Source: a virus. From it: a stretch of DNA of 64,000 nt. Of this stretch, positions 46,313-56,443 are shown piece by piece (the first letter of the stretch is position 1; each line of letters begins with the position of its first letter). A model generated the notes under the pieces. That model searched no databases, had not been told where the DNA came from, and saw only the letters and a list, made by a program, of their open reading frames with translations. The DNA lies in IMG/VR virus record IMGVR_UViG_3300025133_000042, positions 1 through 64,000 of that record. One strand, 5' to 3'. A program made the position numbers and the translations under genes.

Positions 46313-46680
46313 TTCATCTCCTCGTCTATGATTCTCATTGCGCTATTCCAATCTTTAAATTTCAGATTTCTCATTATGTGTTTGGGCAGTGCAGCTAATA
46401 ACGAATTAATCGCTATTATTCTCCATAACTTAGACATCTCCTCGTCTTGATTCTTTATGGAATCTAGTTCTAATATAGGCATGCCCGACTCTTCTAACAA
46501 GGTGTATTTTATATTTTCCGACATTTTCTTAGTTTCGTCGGCAATTCTCATAGCTCCTATGCAATTTTTAATTGTTGTGTTATAAACTTCAATTGATTTG
46601 CCTACGTCAAAAAGCCCAGACAAAAACTTATAACTAATTACACCAGCCAAAAAATAGAATAAGGCCTCGTATTGCTCCAT
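46309..46680 (-). CDS. membrane-anchored hypothetical protein
   Basis: N-terminal TM. Confidence 0.5.
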   Translation of the reverse strand: MEQYEALFYFLAGVISYKFLSGLFDVGKSIEVYNTTIKNCIGAMRIADETKKMSENIKYTLLEESGMPILELDSIKNQDEEMSKLWRIIAINSLLAALPKHIMRNLKFKDWNSAMRIIDEEMK

Positions 46681-46690
46681 AAAACACCAT

Positions 46691-46721
46691 AAAAAAAGGC
46701 AGGGGGATACCCTGCCTTTTT
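46691..46721. terminator. bidirectional intrinsic terminator
   Basis: AAAAAAAGGCAGGG-GGATA-CCCTGCCTTTTT. Confidence 0.8.
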
Positions 46722-46743
46722 AGTTAAAAATCTCTTTTTATTC

Positions 46744-47271
46744 TTACTGCCCTGCCAAAATTCTTTTTGCGACGCGGCGGGCGACCATGTTGACCACCTC
46801 GTCGAGAGTCTCCTCTGACTCTTCCAAGTTATTTTCCTTCTCTTCAAGAGTCTCCTCTGACTCTTCCAAGTTATTTTCCTTCTCTTCGAGCGGGTGCTTG
46901 GACTGCTCCATCATCTCCTCCTCAGGCTCAGGAGGAGGGCCTTCTTCCTCAGGAACAGGGACTTCTTCTTCGGCGGGGCCGGCGTCATCTTCGACTTCAA
47001 TGTCGGCGCCGGTGTGCTGCTCAATAACAGCTGCCAGATCCCGGACCAAAGCCTCGACATCGACGGAGCCGTCTGCTGGTGCCTCCATCTCATCTTCGGG
47101 TCCGGGGGAGAGGTCGACCGGCGCTTCTTCGGGCTCGGGGCCCATGTCCAGCTCATCGTCCTCAGACACGTACTCCTCTGTTAAGCGAGTAACAAAGCCA
47201 TCAGCCAGCTTATTCATGTTGGCATATTTCATCATATTGCGAATTTCATTTTCTGTAAGAAGGTTTTTCAT
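46744..47271 (-). CDS. very acidic protein (prohead scaffold/core-like)
   Basis: LLTENE start; E/P-rich; tandem LEEKENNLEESEET x2; own late-type motif and terminator. Confidence 0.5.
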   Translation of the reverse strand: MKNLLTENEIRNMMKYANMNKLADGFVTRLTEEYVSEDDELDMGPEPEEAPVDLSPGPEDEMEAPADGSVDVEALVRDLAAVIEQHTGADIEVEDDAGPAEEEVPVPEEEGPPPEPEEEMMEQSKHPLEEKENNLEESEETLEEKENNLEESEETLDEVVNMVARRVAKRILAGQ

Positions 47272-47330
47272 AAACACAGTACTCCTAGCGTCTTTTATAA
47301 ATAGTAGTTAAGTTTTTATAAAGCAAATTT

Positions 47331-47564
47331 TTAATCACGGTCAAAATGCTTCTTTATTTTGTGCAAGATCTTGTCTTCTAGCTGCTTTATTCTAACATAG
47401 CTCAAGCCCAAGCGATCTCCGATTTCGCGAAGAGTCATTGGCCCGTTGATGTTAACACTTTCAAGCGTACAGTTTAAATCTTTACTATAGCTTATCCAGT
47501 ATCTGCATTCTTCTACCGGGCATTCTACGTTTAATCTTTTGCATGTTTCTAGGCACTTTCTCAT
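47331..47564 (-). CDS. Cys-rich protein with sigma70 region-4 HTH
   Basis: MTLREIGDRLGLSYVRIKQLE. Confidence 0.75.
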   Translation of the reverse strand: MRKCLETCKRLNVECPVEECRYWISYSKDLNCTLESVNINGPMTLREIGDRLGLSYVRIKQLEDKILHKIKKHFDRD

Positions 47565-47914
47565 AATTCGGGGTGCTCCATTTCAATTATATCAAAAATA
47601 TCATCTAGCTCGTCCTTGTCCAAGCCAAAATTAAGTGAGGCTTCTGTTGACGCGGCGTGCATCTTCTTTATATATTCTCTCTTGGGCTTGCCCTGTATCA
47701 CGTGCAGCTCTTTGAAATTCTCTATAAAAGACAAGATATTTGAATCACTTTCTAGATATCCTGTAATCATCATTCTAAAGAACTGAGATTGGCTTAAGTT
47801 GTCGTACTGACATCTTATTCGCAGCTGCGCTTGGCGGTCTTCCGAATCATAAAACATGAACTTCTTTCTGGTTTTTGGATCGGGCCTTGTGGGATCTTTC
47901 AACCGTTCCTCCAA
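47561..47914 (-). CDS. hypothetical protein (possible RHH-like)
   Basis: LSQSQFFRMMI. Confidence 0.45.
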   Translation of the reverse strand: MEERLKDPTRPDPKTRKKFMFYDSEDRQAQLRIRCQYDNLSQSQFFRMMITGYLESDSNILSFIENFKELHVIQGKPKREYIKKMHAASTEASLNFGLDKDELDDIFDIIEMEHPEL

Positions 47915-48921
47915 AGAATGTGCGTGTTACTTTCTAATTGTGCTGCGCTTGACTGTAAGATGAAATGTCTCTTACTTTGAAGTTCTTTAATGCTTCGCAC
48001 GCCTGTATAAGACAAGCCGCTACGAATGCCACCATCGATATCTTTAAGGATATCATCAACGGACCCCTTATAAGGCACCATAGTTGCGACGCCTTCTGGA
48101 GTGGAGCTTTTCCCCCTCCAATCTCGTTGGGCCTCCTTCGACGCCATGCCTCTGTATTCCTTGTACTTTTCGCCCTTCGCACCCACTAGGACCTCGCCGG
48201 GTGTTTCGTCCGTGCCTGAAAGCATTGAGCCGATCATTATAAAATCAGCGCCTGCTGCTAGGGCCTTCACCATGTCACCTGTTGTTTTAATGCCGCCATC
48301 AGCAATGATTTTGGTATCATAACTAGTCTTCGAGCACTCCAAAACACTTTGAAACGTGGGTACCCCGTGGCCGGTCACGATTCTCGTAGAACAAATAGAG
48401 CCGCCGCCGATGCCGACGCGGATTGAGTCCGCGCCCCACTCTGACAGAGTCTCGAAGGCCTCAAGTGTCGCGACATTCCCAGCCATAACATGGACAGCCT
48501 CCCCAAACAAATCTTTAAGTTTCTTAAGACAGCCTTCCATCATCTTGTGGTGGCCGTGGGCAACATCGACACAAAGAATACTTGCGCCGGCAGAATAAAG
48601 AGCAACAGCGCGGTCCTGATAGTCTCCTGACATTCCGATGGCTGCAGCAATCTTTTCTTGACGCGATACATCTTTGATATACGACACCATCTCCACTTGC
48701 TCAGGAATGGTGTTGTATCTGTGTATTATCGCTAGGCCGCTGTTCTTATCCATCGCCAGGGCCATCATCGTTCCTGAGACAGTGTCCATGGGCGAAGCAA
48801 TCACCGGAAGTCTAAAATTGTGTTTACCCAACTGGGAGCTGGTATTCACCTCGCGCCTGGACTTAATATCACTCAGCTGCGGGACCAGCAGTATATCATC
48901 AAACGAATATGTTTGTTTCAC
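47899..48921 (-). CDS. IMP dehydrogenase / GMP reductase (no CBS domains)
   Basis: [39 protein letters not shown]. Confidence 0.92.
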   Translation of the reverse strand: MKQTYSFDDILLVPQLSDIKSRREVNTSSQLGKHNFRLPVIASPMDTVSGTMMALAMDKNSGLAIIHRYNTIPEQVEMVSYIKDVSRQEKIAAAIGMSGDYQDRAVALYSAGASILCVDVAHGHHKMMEGCLKKLKDLFGEAVHVMAGNVATLEAFETLSEWGADSIRVGIGGGSICSTRIVTGHGVPTFQSVLECSKTSYDTKIIADGGIKTTGDMVKALAAGADFIMIGSMLSGTDETPGEVLVGAKGEKYKEYRGMASKEAQRDWRGKSSTPEGVATMVPYKGSVDDILKDIDGGIRSGLSYTGVRSIKELQSKRHFILQSSAAQLESNTHILWRNG

Positions 48922-49265
48922 TTTAAAGTCTCCAAATATCTCTGCAAGTACCAAATCGCCTTTTCTATATCTTTTTTCGGCTCGCCCTTCATGTTGTGCC
49001 GTGCGACGTATTTAATCACGTTGCCGCAATGAAAGCCTAGGCCCCAATCTTCAATAATATCAATAACTTCGTGCTGGCCTTGGTTGTAGTGTTTTGGGTG
49101 GTCAACTTTCGAAGCGGGCGCAGGGGCCGGATCTCTAAACTGCAAGTCCTTATAGGGGTCCTGGTTATATACAATGTCAGGCTCGCTAGGCATGGAGCCT
49201 TGATGGGGCCAAGGACTTTTGACCTTCTTAACTAGCTCTCTCCACTCTTCTTTGCTTATCTTCAT
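48918..49265 (-). CDS. DUF3310 protein
   Basis: VDHPKHY, GNVIKY, DIEKAIWYL. Confidence 0.85.
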   Translation of the reverse strand: MKISKEEWRELVKKVKSPWPHQGSMPSEPDIVYNQDPYKDLQFRDPAPAPASKVDHPKHYNQGQHEVIDIIEDWGLGFHCGNVIKYVARHNMKGEPKKDIEKAIWYLQRYLETLK

Positions 49266-49268
49266 TTA

Positions 49269-49778
49269 TTAAAATCCGTGCCCGATGCCATCATTGAGGG
49301 GGTTCTCGCTGGCCGGCTTGATATCCGTACTTCCCAAAGCACCGTGGCCTCGGTCGCTCATAGTAATAGGATACCAATCATAAAGACCGCCATCGACGCG
49401 CTCAAGGGCTCTAAAGTGAACGACGGGGACCATAACTAGCTGTGCAATCTTATCGCCGGCGGCGATGTGTTGCACCTCAGTTCCAACATTGTGTAAGTCG
49501 ATGAAGACTTCTCCATCATAGCCGCTGTCGATGATGTGGGCTCCGACAACAAGAGAGCGCTTGGCGCCCATGCTAGAACGATTACATACTTGCAACATAT
49601 AGCCATGTGGAATTCCAAATGTCAATCCCGTTGATAGAAGCTGGCTTTCGCCCGGCTTAATCGTCGCCACGGAGACGTTTGGGTCTCTAGGACAATAAAA
49701 AACGTCCAGCCCAGCATCGCTGGGGTTCGAGCGCATCGGTGGCCTTGCATCAGGCCTCATTTTATATTCTAAAATCAT
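49269..49778 (-). CDS. dut: trimeric dUTPase
   Basis: AGLD, RSS, IIDSGYDGE, IAQL, RGHGALGST. Confidence 0.93.
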   Translation of the reverse strand: MILEYKMRPDARPPMRSNPSDAGLDVFYCPRDPNVSVATIKPGESQLLSTGLTFGIPHGYMLQVCNRSSMGAKRSLVVGAHIIDSGYDGEVFIDLHNVGTEVQHIAAGDKIAQLVMVPVVHFRALERVDGGLYDWYPITMSDRGHGALGSTDIKPASENPLNDGIGHGF

Positions 49779-50053
49779 TATAATACTCCATTTTCTTTCT
49801 CTACTTGTTCGATAATTGATTGAGCTTTGTTCCAGCAATCTGGACAATATAGTCTTACAACTTTTTGCTCCTCTCTCACGATCACATTCCATGTCGTTAC
49901 GTGCTCTTTCGATTTTTTATCAAAAGGCGCAGCACACGCTGCACATTCGTCGTCAAGCATATCAAACATCATTAGCTTCTTGGCCATTTGCTTTTCTGCT
50001 TTCTTCTGCTTTTTTAAGACGTTGCGCGCCATTTTTCTTTTTAAGCTTCCCAC
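49778..50053 (-). CDS. zinc-finger hypothetical protein
   Basis: CAAC...YCPDC. Confidence 0.55.
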   Translation of the reverse strand: MGSLKRKMARNVLKKQKKAEKQMAKKLMMFDMLDDECAACAAPFDKKSKEHVTTWNVIVREEQKVVRLYCPDCWNKAQSIIEQVEKENGVL

Positions 50054-53000
50054 TAGCCTAGCATCCTAAACGTGTGGCGAATTGATCGGGTGCTAAACCC
50101 CCAGTCTTCGCTATATTGAAGCTTTGCGGCATAAGGCCTGTTGATGTAAATATGATCATCATCTTTAATCCCCCAGCACTTAATAGAGCTTGTCGTTGAA
50201 GTGTCGTCGATGACCTTGACAATCCAATAAAGCTTGTCATTTTTAGTTTTCTTGGGAATGATTTCTCTCGGTATGAACCAAGAGATGCCCAAATCCTCAT
50301 CGTAGTTGCCCAGCGGCGGGACCATGTTTCTGTTGATGGCCTCTCGGATTCTCTTAGTCAGGACCAAATCGAAAGGAAACATACCAGTAAGAGAAGAGAC
50401 AAAATCAATCTTCTCTTCTCTCGTAAAATCCTCTTCTGGGGCGTATAAATTAATGTTTTCTTCCAGCTTCTTCTGACTCTTTGGCTTGTCTTGGATGCAT
50501 GACATCCAAAAATGCTTGCAGCCAGTAAACCTCTCGTCGACTAATGAATCTAAAGCACCGCTGCGACAGAGCACATCTAGTGCTTTTTTGTTCAATTTTG
50601 AATATACGATCTCTTCATTATATAGCAACTCCTCGACAGTGGTAAAAGGACGATTGTTGAGAATCTGCTCAACAGCCTTTTCGCCTAGGCCCTTGATGGA
50701 GCTGAAAGGCTGGATGAGGGTCTTCCCATCGCCTGCAATCTCCCATTGTTCAGTCGAGGTGTTGATGTTGATCTGCTCAATATTAAACCCATGTTTCTGA
50801 GCAAGGCTAATAGCTGCCTCTTTGCGAGATTCTGGCTCTTTGTCAAGGAAAGCTGCAGCCCAGCACTCAGGATAGTAGTTAAGAAGCCAGGCGCACTGGA
50901 AAGACAAGATTGAGTATGATACCGCATGCGACTTGTTAAAGCCATAGCCAGAGAAGTACTCAAATTTCTGCCAAAGGCCTTGTGCCGTTGACCGATCGAT
51001 GCCCTTCTCGACGCAGCCGGCAATAAACTTATCATAAATCTTGTTTTTTGCCTGTGCCCCCTTACCTGTACCTTTCTTGGTAAGGAGCTTGCGCAGCGCG
51101 TTGCCTTCATCCATTGTCAAATCCTTACCCAGCTTGTGAGCAAGAAGCGCAATCTGCTCTTGGAAAATCAAGAACCCTGCAGTTTCTTCGGTCACTCCTT
51201 TATCTAAGTCATTGAGATAATTAATCTCCTCAGGGCTGTGCTTGGCCTTAACATACCGCTTGTCCACTCCTGCGCTCAGGGGGCCTGGTCGATAAATAGA
51301 AGTAATGGCCGAGATATCAATAATATCTTTTGGCTTTGCGCGCTTGCAAAACTTTTGGGCTCCAGCGTTTGTAAACTGAAAAACGCCCATGAAATTTCCC
51401 TTTTGGAAAATGTTCTCATATACTTTTTGATCACTGAGATCGATCTTATCTGGGTGGAGCTTGGAATCATAATACTCCTTAATATCTTGGAAGGAGGGAT
51501 TCTCGTTTCCATGGTATCGTTTTAAAACATGCCCGACTGCAGATTGGATCATCTCCAGGGTAGAGAGGCCGAGCAGATCAAACTTAATAAAACCCAAAGG
51601 CTCAAGGTGTCTAACGTTCTGGCCTTCCGACCAGGGCGTCTGGACAACCCCCTTCGAGCAGATAAGAGGCATGTGCCTGTCAAGATCTTCTCCAATCACG
51701 ACGCCGCCGGCGTGGCGGCTCGTGGACCTCACTTGTCCTACTAGTGCTTCGACATGGGTCTTGATATCGGGATACTTGTCTAGAAACTTAATCAGCGAAT
51801 CGGAATACTTCATCACCTCCTCGAAAGTTGGAATGTACATTCCTGCGCGAATGCCATGATCTGCCTTTGCTTTTGGGGTTGCCTCCCTCACCATTCTTCC
51901 GGTGACAGAGTTGACCTCGACGAAAGGTACGTCGTAGAGCTTGCTAATATCCTTAATCAACGAACGCAACTGAAGTGTGTTGAAGTTTGAAATGGGCACG
52001 ACAGTTGTGTCTCCCCATTCCTTGGCAAGAATTTCTTTAAGCCCGAATGCATCGCTAACATCGTAATCAATATCAGGATAGTCGGTCGCATCCGAGCGCA
52101 GAAAGCGGCTGAACAGAAGGCCATACTTAATCGGATCTACCTGAGTAATCCCAAGCGCGTACGCGACAAGAGAGCCCGCAGCGGAGCCGCGGCCGGGTCC
52201 GGAGAGCATGTGCTTGTTTGCCATGTCGCTAATCGCCTTCATGGTTAGGAAGTATTTGCTAAACCCCCTCTCGTTAATAACTGTAAGTTCATGCTTAAGA
52301 CGGTCAATATATTCTTTGTTGTTGTCGAAGCCAAGCTTGCGAAGGGCAGCGATGGACTCTTTGATGAGCGTCTCCTCTGCATCAGCGCCGGAAGGGACAA
52401 CGAATCCAGGCAAGCGTACTGTGTCGTCTGGCATAAAAGCCTCAATTCGCTCATTCGCAATCCAGTGGGTTTTCACGAGAGAGTCATAAATCAAGTCATC
52501 ATCATACTCAACGCCACACTCTTTGGAATACTTCTTATAGGACTCCCACATCTGATCGCCGTTCTTGGGGTATAGCTCCATGCCCATCTCGTCAACGTCA
52601 ACTGGAAGTTCAGACTTGAGATATTCGGGCTTGTTCTTCGATTTACCAAGCCAACCTAAGCGCTTATAAAGCTCTCGGTCTTTCCAGGCAGCGGCGCTTG
52701 GGTAATGTGAATCAGCAGTAGAGATAAGGTCAATGTCAAACTCCTCATGCATCTGGATGACATATTTATTTAGCTCGTGCTGCTCTGGTACATTGTTCCA
52801 TTGCAGCTCGCCATACCAGCGGTCTCCAAGACAATCCATCATCTTGCGTGTGGTGGCCCTCATGGCGCCCAGGACTGCTTCAGGGCCGTCGTCGCGATTG
52901 TTCCAATAGTCTTTGGCGTAAACGCCGCCAAGACACGCAGAAGAGGCAATAACTCCCTCGCCATGCTCCTTTAAGAGCTTGTAGTCTAGCCTAGGCTTGC

Positions 53001-53484
53001 GATAGAAGTTATCACCCTGGTGAGAGTCAGAAACTATCTTGAAGATATTGTTCAAGCCAGTCTGATTCATAGCTAGCAACACAAGATGACCGCTATTATT
53101 AAGTTTGCTGGACTTGCCCTTAGAAGCCGTTTCGTCTTCTGCTTCGACTTTATCTGTGTCGTTGATGACCTTACGTGCTTGCTTCTTATCTTCTTTAATT
53201 CGATCGTACTCTCCCCTCCACTCCTCGATGGAGGCAATAAAATAGGCCTCGACGCCGAAGATTGGCTTAAAGGTCTTGCCTTGGGACTGCATCTTCTTTG
53301 CATGCAGAACCTGATAAGACAGACCATTCATGTTCCCATGGTCTGTCAAAGCAAGGGCCTCCATGCCATTTTCATATGCAAAGTCCATATGGTCTTGCGG
53401 ATATCCAAAACCATCGAAGACCGAACCAGCAACGCTGTGTGCGTGCAAACCCACGAAGGGAATCTTACTCTCTTTTCTATTCAT
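50053..53484 (-). CDS. dnaE: DNA polymerase III alpha subunit (family C)
   Basis: PHP: LHAHS, LTDHG, ADSHY; GRGSAAGS; PDIDYD; HAGG; KFDLLGL; YGFNKSH; start at 53484 below promoter. Confidence 0.97.
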   Translation of the reverse strand: MNRKESKIPFVGLHAHSVAGSVFDGFGYPQDHMDFAYENGMEALALTDHGNMNGLSYQVLHAKKMQSQGKTFKPIFGVEAYFIASIEEWRGEYDRIKEDKKQARKVINDTDKVEAEDETASKGKSSKLNNSGHLVLLAMNQTGLNNIFKIVSDSHQGDNFYRKPRLDYKLLKEHGEGVIASSACLGGVYAKDYWNNRDDGPEAVLGAMRATTRKMMDCLGDRWYGELQWNNVPEQHELNKYVIQMHEEFDIDLISTADSHYPSAAAWKDRELYKRLGWLGKSKNKPEYLKSELPVDVDEMGMELYPKNGDQMWESYKKYSKECGVEYDDDLIYDSLVKTHWIANERIEAFMPDDTVRLPGFVVPSGADAEETLIKESIAALRKLGFDNNKEYIDRLKHELTVINERGFSKYFLTMKAISDMANKHMLSGPGRGSAAGSLVAYALGITQVDPIKYGLLFSRFLRSDATDYPDIDYDVSDAFGLKEILAKEWGDTTVVPISNFNTLQLRSLIKDISKLYDVPFVEVNSVTGRMVREATPKAKADHGIRAGMYIPTFEEVMKYSDSLIKFLDKYPDIKTHVEALVGQVRSTSRHAGGVVIGEDLDRHMPLICSKGVVQTPWSEGQNVRHLEPLGFIKFDLLGLSTLEMIQSAVGHVLKRYHGNENPSFQDIKEYYDSKLHPDKIDLSDQKVYENIFQKGNFMGVFQFTNAGAQKFCKRAKPKDIIDISAITSIYRPGPLSAGVDKRYVKAKHSPEEINYLNDLDKGVTEETAGFLIFQEQIALLAHKLGKDLTMDEGNALRKLLTKKGTGKGAQAKNKIYDKFIAGCVEKGIDRSTAQGLWQKFEYFSGYGFNKSHAVSYSILSFQCAWLLNYYPECWAAAFLDKEPESRKEAAISLAQKHGFNIEQININTSTEQWEIAGDGKTLIQPFSSIKGLGEKAVEQILNNRPFTTVEELLYNEEIVYSKLNKKALDVLCRSGALDSLVDERFTGCKHFWMSCIQDKPKSQKKLEENINLYAPEEDFTREEKIDFVSSLTGMFPFDLVLTKRIREAINRNMVPPLGNYDEDLGISWFIPREIIPKKTKNDKLYWIVKVIDDTSTTSSIKCWGIKDDDHIYINRPYAAKLQYSEDWGFSTRSIRHTFRMLG

Positions 53485-53524
53485 ATTTGCCTCTGCAGAC
53501 ATTATAGAGACACAAAAGAGGAAA

Positions 53525-53725
53525 TCAAACAGAAAGTGAATTATCTTTTTCAAAGAGGTAGAGACCAGTCTCTTCTAGGTTCAGCCTCTTTGGGATGGCT
53601 GCAAGCGGAAGAAGGCCATGAATGACAAAGACCAGGCCGGTGAGAAGCAGGCGCGCTCCAATTCCGCATGCAAAAAGTAAATGCTCCAGATATGACATAT
53701 TTTTCTCTTGTAAGTGTTTAAACAT
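53525..53725 (-). CDS. DUF6356-like small protein
   Basis: HL...MSYLEHL.FA...IHG. Confidence 0.6.
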   Translation of the reverse strand: MFKHLQEKNMSYLEHLLFACGIGARLLLTGLVFVIHGLLPLAAIPKRLNLEETGLYLFEKDNSLSV

Positions 53726-54494
53726 CGTCTTCTACTCCTATACCGCTTAACTCGTTTTTCGGTATTAACGCGGGCTTTTGCAATGACTGCGAAAGAGCCT
53801 CTAAGTAAGTATCCCAACAAACAATACTGTCATAAGTTTTTATCTCTATCTTTTTAAAATTATTTACTTCTTCAAATATTCTTATGTCTTGGTCATTGTA
53901 CCTATCATGAGAATATTTTTTTATAATCACATCCAAAGTTGAAGGGGGGAAGCTGGCGCCCAAGAAATCATTAGTCGCTATTGACTTGCCCTCAGAAGAG
54001 AGAGATATGCTTTCGCCTGAGCTTATTTCAGATCGGTATGGCTGTATGCAGCTTGGGTCGTATACCCCGCAAGGAAATGAAACATAGTAGCTTGTGGGCT
54101 TGAGCCATTTGCTCATCCCAGCTGATATCTTCTTCGATGTCAAGCCGCCGGCTAGAATTGAAAGCCAAGTGTTCTTCTGTTTGTAGAACCTTACGCCAAC
54201 AGGAACATAGTATATCTTTATAAGCTTTCGATGCTCGTCAGGATATCTAGCTCTTGTTCTATTAAAGTAAACAGGATCATAGACGTAATCGCCGATTGCG
54301 TGGCGGACCAGCGGCTTGGTGTCGTCGTCGCACACTAGCCAGATTGTATTACATCCAGCATATGCGCACTCTATTACAGCGCGTTCGATGGCCAAGTAAT
54401 TTAATGATATTGGCAACAAGGCGGGCCCGACAGGGCTGGTGATTTCAGACTCAATGCCTGAAACAGGGATTATTCCGGCTATATGTCGTATCAT
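53718..54494 (-). CDS. nucleotidyltransferase-fold (NTP transferase-like) protein
   Basis: GIIPVSG...LLPI...IE...AGC..I. Confidence 0.55.
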   Translation of the reverse strand: MIRHIAGIIPVSGIESEITSPVGPALLPISLNYLAIERAVIECAYAGCNTIWLVCDDDTKPLVRHAIGDYVYDPVYFNRTRARYPDEHRKLIKIYYVPVGVRFYKQKNTWLSILAGGLTSKKISAGMSKWLKPTSYYVSFPCGVYDPSCIQPYRSEISSGESISLSSEGKSIATNDFLGASFPPSTLDVIIKKYSHDRYNDQDIRIFEEVNNFKKIEIKTYDSIVCWDTYLEALSQSLQKPALIPKNELSGIGVEDDV

Positions 54495-54504
54495 TAAGAA
54501 CCTT

Positions 54505-55155
54505 TCAGGAAGTTAATTCTACCACATGATAAAGTTGTTTTTCAATTGGGTAGACATCTCTCTTCCAGAGATTCATCTTGGTCTCTACTCCAGCAGAGGA
54601 GAAAAGCTTTTCTAACTTCTGTCTTATAGTTGTGTCCGAATACTCTAGATCTTGAAGGTCTTCGGAAGTGAGATGCTGTTCGACGAGAACATCCCTCTTG
54701 TCGTTCTTTTGATCTATTCTTGTAGAAGGAAATGTCTTAATTGATTTAACCTTGCCCCAAGTATGGTACTGGACTTCCAGGGTCTCTGATGAGCCTCGTA
54801 CATCAAGCCAGTCTATGACCCTGTAATAGTCTACTTCGCTATCTACTTCCGAACAAGCGACGTTCGACGCGCTGAAGAGATGCACCCTGGGACAAACAAT
54901 GCTTGTCTTAACTCGGGGATGATGCACTATCATTCCGTCACGCAAATCAATAGCGACGGGCGGGGTGGTAAAAGGCGTACGCCCTTCAAGGGCGGCGTTC
55001 CAGAGCATGCTAGCTGCCATTTCTTCTTCTGGTTCATATGAGTGATATTTTAACCTAGAGTTGAGGATGATGTTTAAGCCGCACTCATCTGCGAACTGCA
55101 TAGCGGCCATGGTGTGGCCAATAACAACATCCTCTTCCAGATTTAAAACTAGCAT
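54505..55155 (-). CDS. hypothetical protein
   Basis: ORF in operon. Confidence 0.5.
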   Translation of the reverse strand: MLVLNLEEDVVIGHTMAAMQFADECGLNIILNSRLKYHSYEPEEEMAASMLWNAALEGRTPFTTPPVAIDLRDGMIVHHPRVKTSIVCPRVHLFSASNVACSEVDSEVDYYRVIDWLDVRGSSETLEVQYHTWGKVKSIKTFPSTRIDQKNDKRDVLVEQHLTSEDLQDLEYSDTTIRQKLEKLFSSAGVETKMNLWKRDVYPIEKQLYHVVELTS

Positions 55156-55817
55156 CCAGGCACAAAGTTTCTTTCTACTTTAATAAGGCGATGCCATTTT
55201 TTGAGCAAGGATAGGTGCAACGGCTTTTCTCGGCAACGGCCGTCGGCTTTTGGGGCTCTGATTGCGGTGACCCATGCAGCAACCCACCGTCGTTCCGGAG
55301 TTTTGTATCTGCAAAGACTTTTGACTTTTGGCAACCTCTTTATTATGTGCTGCATCCAAGCATGGGCCGCGGCCACGTGGTCGGATCGATCGATCCCGTA
55401 TCCCCTCTTCTTATTTTCCCACCATGGCCACATCTGTAGAATGCCGAGTGCCATGGGCTTCCTTTTCGATTTGCTGAATTTATGATCCCCCTTGGCATTG
55501 GGATTGTATCCGCTCTCCTTGCAGGCGGCTGCAAGGAGCATCCCGCGAAGTGACGCAGGAACTGAATATTGTTTTTCAATTTCAATCAAATCATTAATTA
55601 TGCCTTCACTTGCTAGCGACACGTTCTTCACGTTCCTGCAGTTGATAATGGCCTGCTCTCTTATTTCTTCATAAGTTACAGGGCCGTCGACGTCATTTGA
55701 GATGGGGTTGACGAACGCCGGCGCCTCAGTCTCATAAAGATTAATCAAGCTGACATAAGGATTCGTGTCTCCAGGAGCCAGCGCTTGCATCACAAGGATA
55801 GGTAATATATACTTCAT
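55149..55817 (-). CDS. lytic transglycosylase (SLT-like)
   Basis: AACKESGYNPNA, ALGILQ; N-terminal signal. Confidence 0.75.
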   Translation of the reverse strand: MKYILPILVMQALAPGDTNPYVSLINLYETEAPAFVNPISNDVDGPVTYEEIREQAIINCRNVKNVSLASEGIINDLIEIEKQYSVPASLRGMLLAAACKESGYNPNAKGDHKFSKSKRKPMALGILQMWPWWENKKRGYGIDRSDHVAAAHAWMQHIIKRLPKVKSLCRYKTPERRWVAAWVTAIRAPKADGRCREKPLHLSLLKKWHRLIKVERNFVPGC

Positions 55818-55852
55818 ACTTAAAGAGATCTCCAAAGCTCCATATAAGTAGT

Positions 55853-56125
55853 TTACTTATCAGAATCAACAAAAGCAATTACACTATTTTCTGGAATAAT
55901 ATGAAATACTTGGCCGTCATACTGGACTTCTTCTAAAAGGTGAGCATGAACCAATAGTCGTGAACCTCTGACAAGGTCAGTGTAGTCATTAGGCTGTACA
56001 AGCTTAACAAATACATAAGGCTGGTCTCTTTCCTTAAAATTATCAGGAACCAACACAAGATTTTTTTGCTCCTGTGCTGATTCCACTGGCGTAACTATTA
56101 AATATTTATTAACTGGGTGTAACAT
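55853..56125 (-). CDS. groES: GroES-like co-chaperonin
   Basis: LHPVNKYLIV, LVP mobile loop, IIPENSVIAFV. Confidence 0.7.
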   Translation of the reverse strand: MLHPVNKYLIVTPVESAQEQKNLVLVPDNFKERDQPYVFVKLVQPNDYTDLVRGSRLLVHAHLLEEVQYDGQVFHIIPENSVIAFVDSDK

Positions 56126-56126
56126 T

Positions 56127-56375
56127 TCACACCTTTTTATCGTTTAGTTCGTTAAAATAGCTAGTAAACTGAGTAATATCATCGCCCTTGCGAAGCATTC
56201 TATAAGCTCGAACAGCTTGCCTCATCTCATCTCGGGAGAGCCACCCATTTCGAGCATAGTTTGTACGCAAATCGCGCTTATGCTCCTTATATGGCTCCAT
56301 CTCATCTTCAATCGCCTTCAGGGCCCGAACATACTCAACAACATAATCTTCTTTCGACATATAATCAGTAGACAT
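56127..56375 (-). CDS. small DNA-binding protein (GapR/T4 DsbA-like)
   Basis: helical IEDE...K.DL...Y...MRQAVR pattern; own promoter. Confidence 0.5.
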   Translation of the reverse strand: MSTDYMSKEDYVVEYVRALKAIEDEMEPYKEHKRDLRTNYARNGWLSRDEMRQAVRAYRMLRKGDDITQFTSYFNELNDKKV

Positions 56376-56443
56376 ATCAACCTCCGTGTGTCATAACTGC
56401 ACTACAATAATAAACACATTAGTTTTCTTGTCAAGGCATTATA

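Noticed and set aside
45607-47303. T4 late promoter TATAAATA at 45607 and 47296
   Set aside because: It lies on the + strand, opposite to the adjacent genes; better read as coding-strand CTATTTA.
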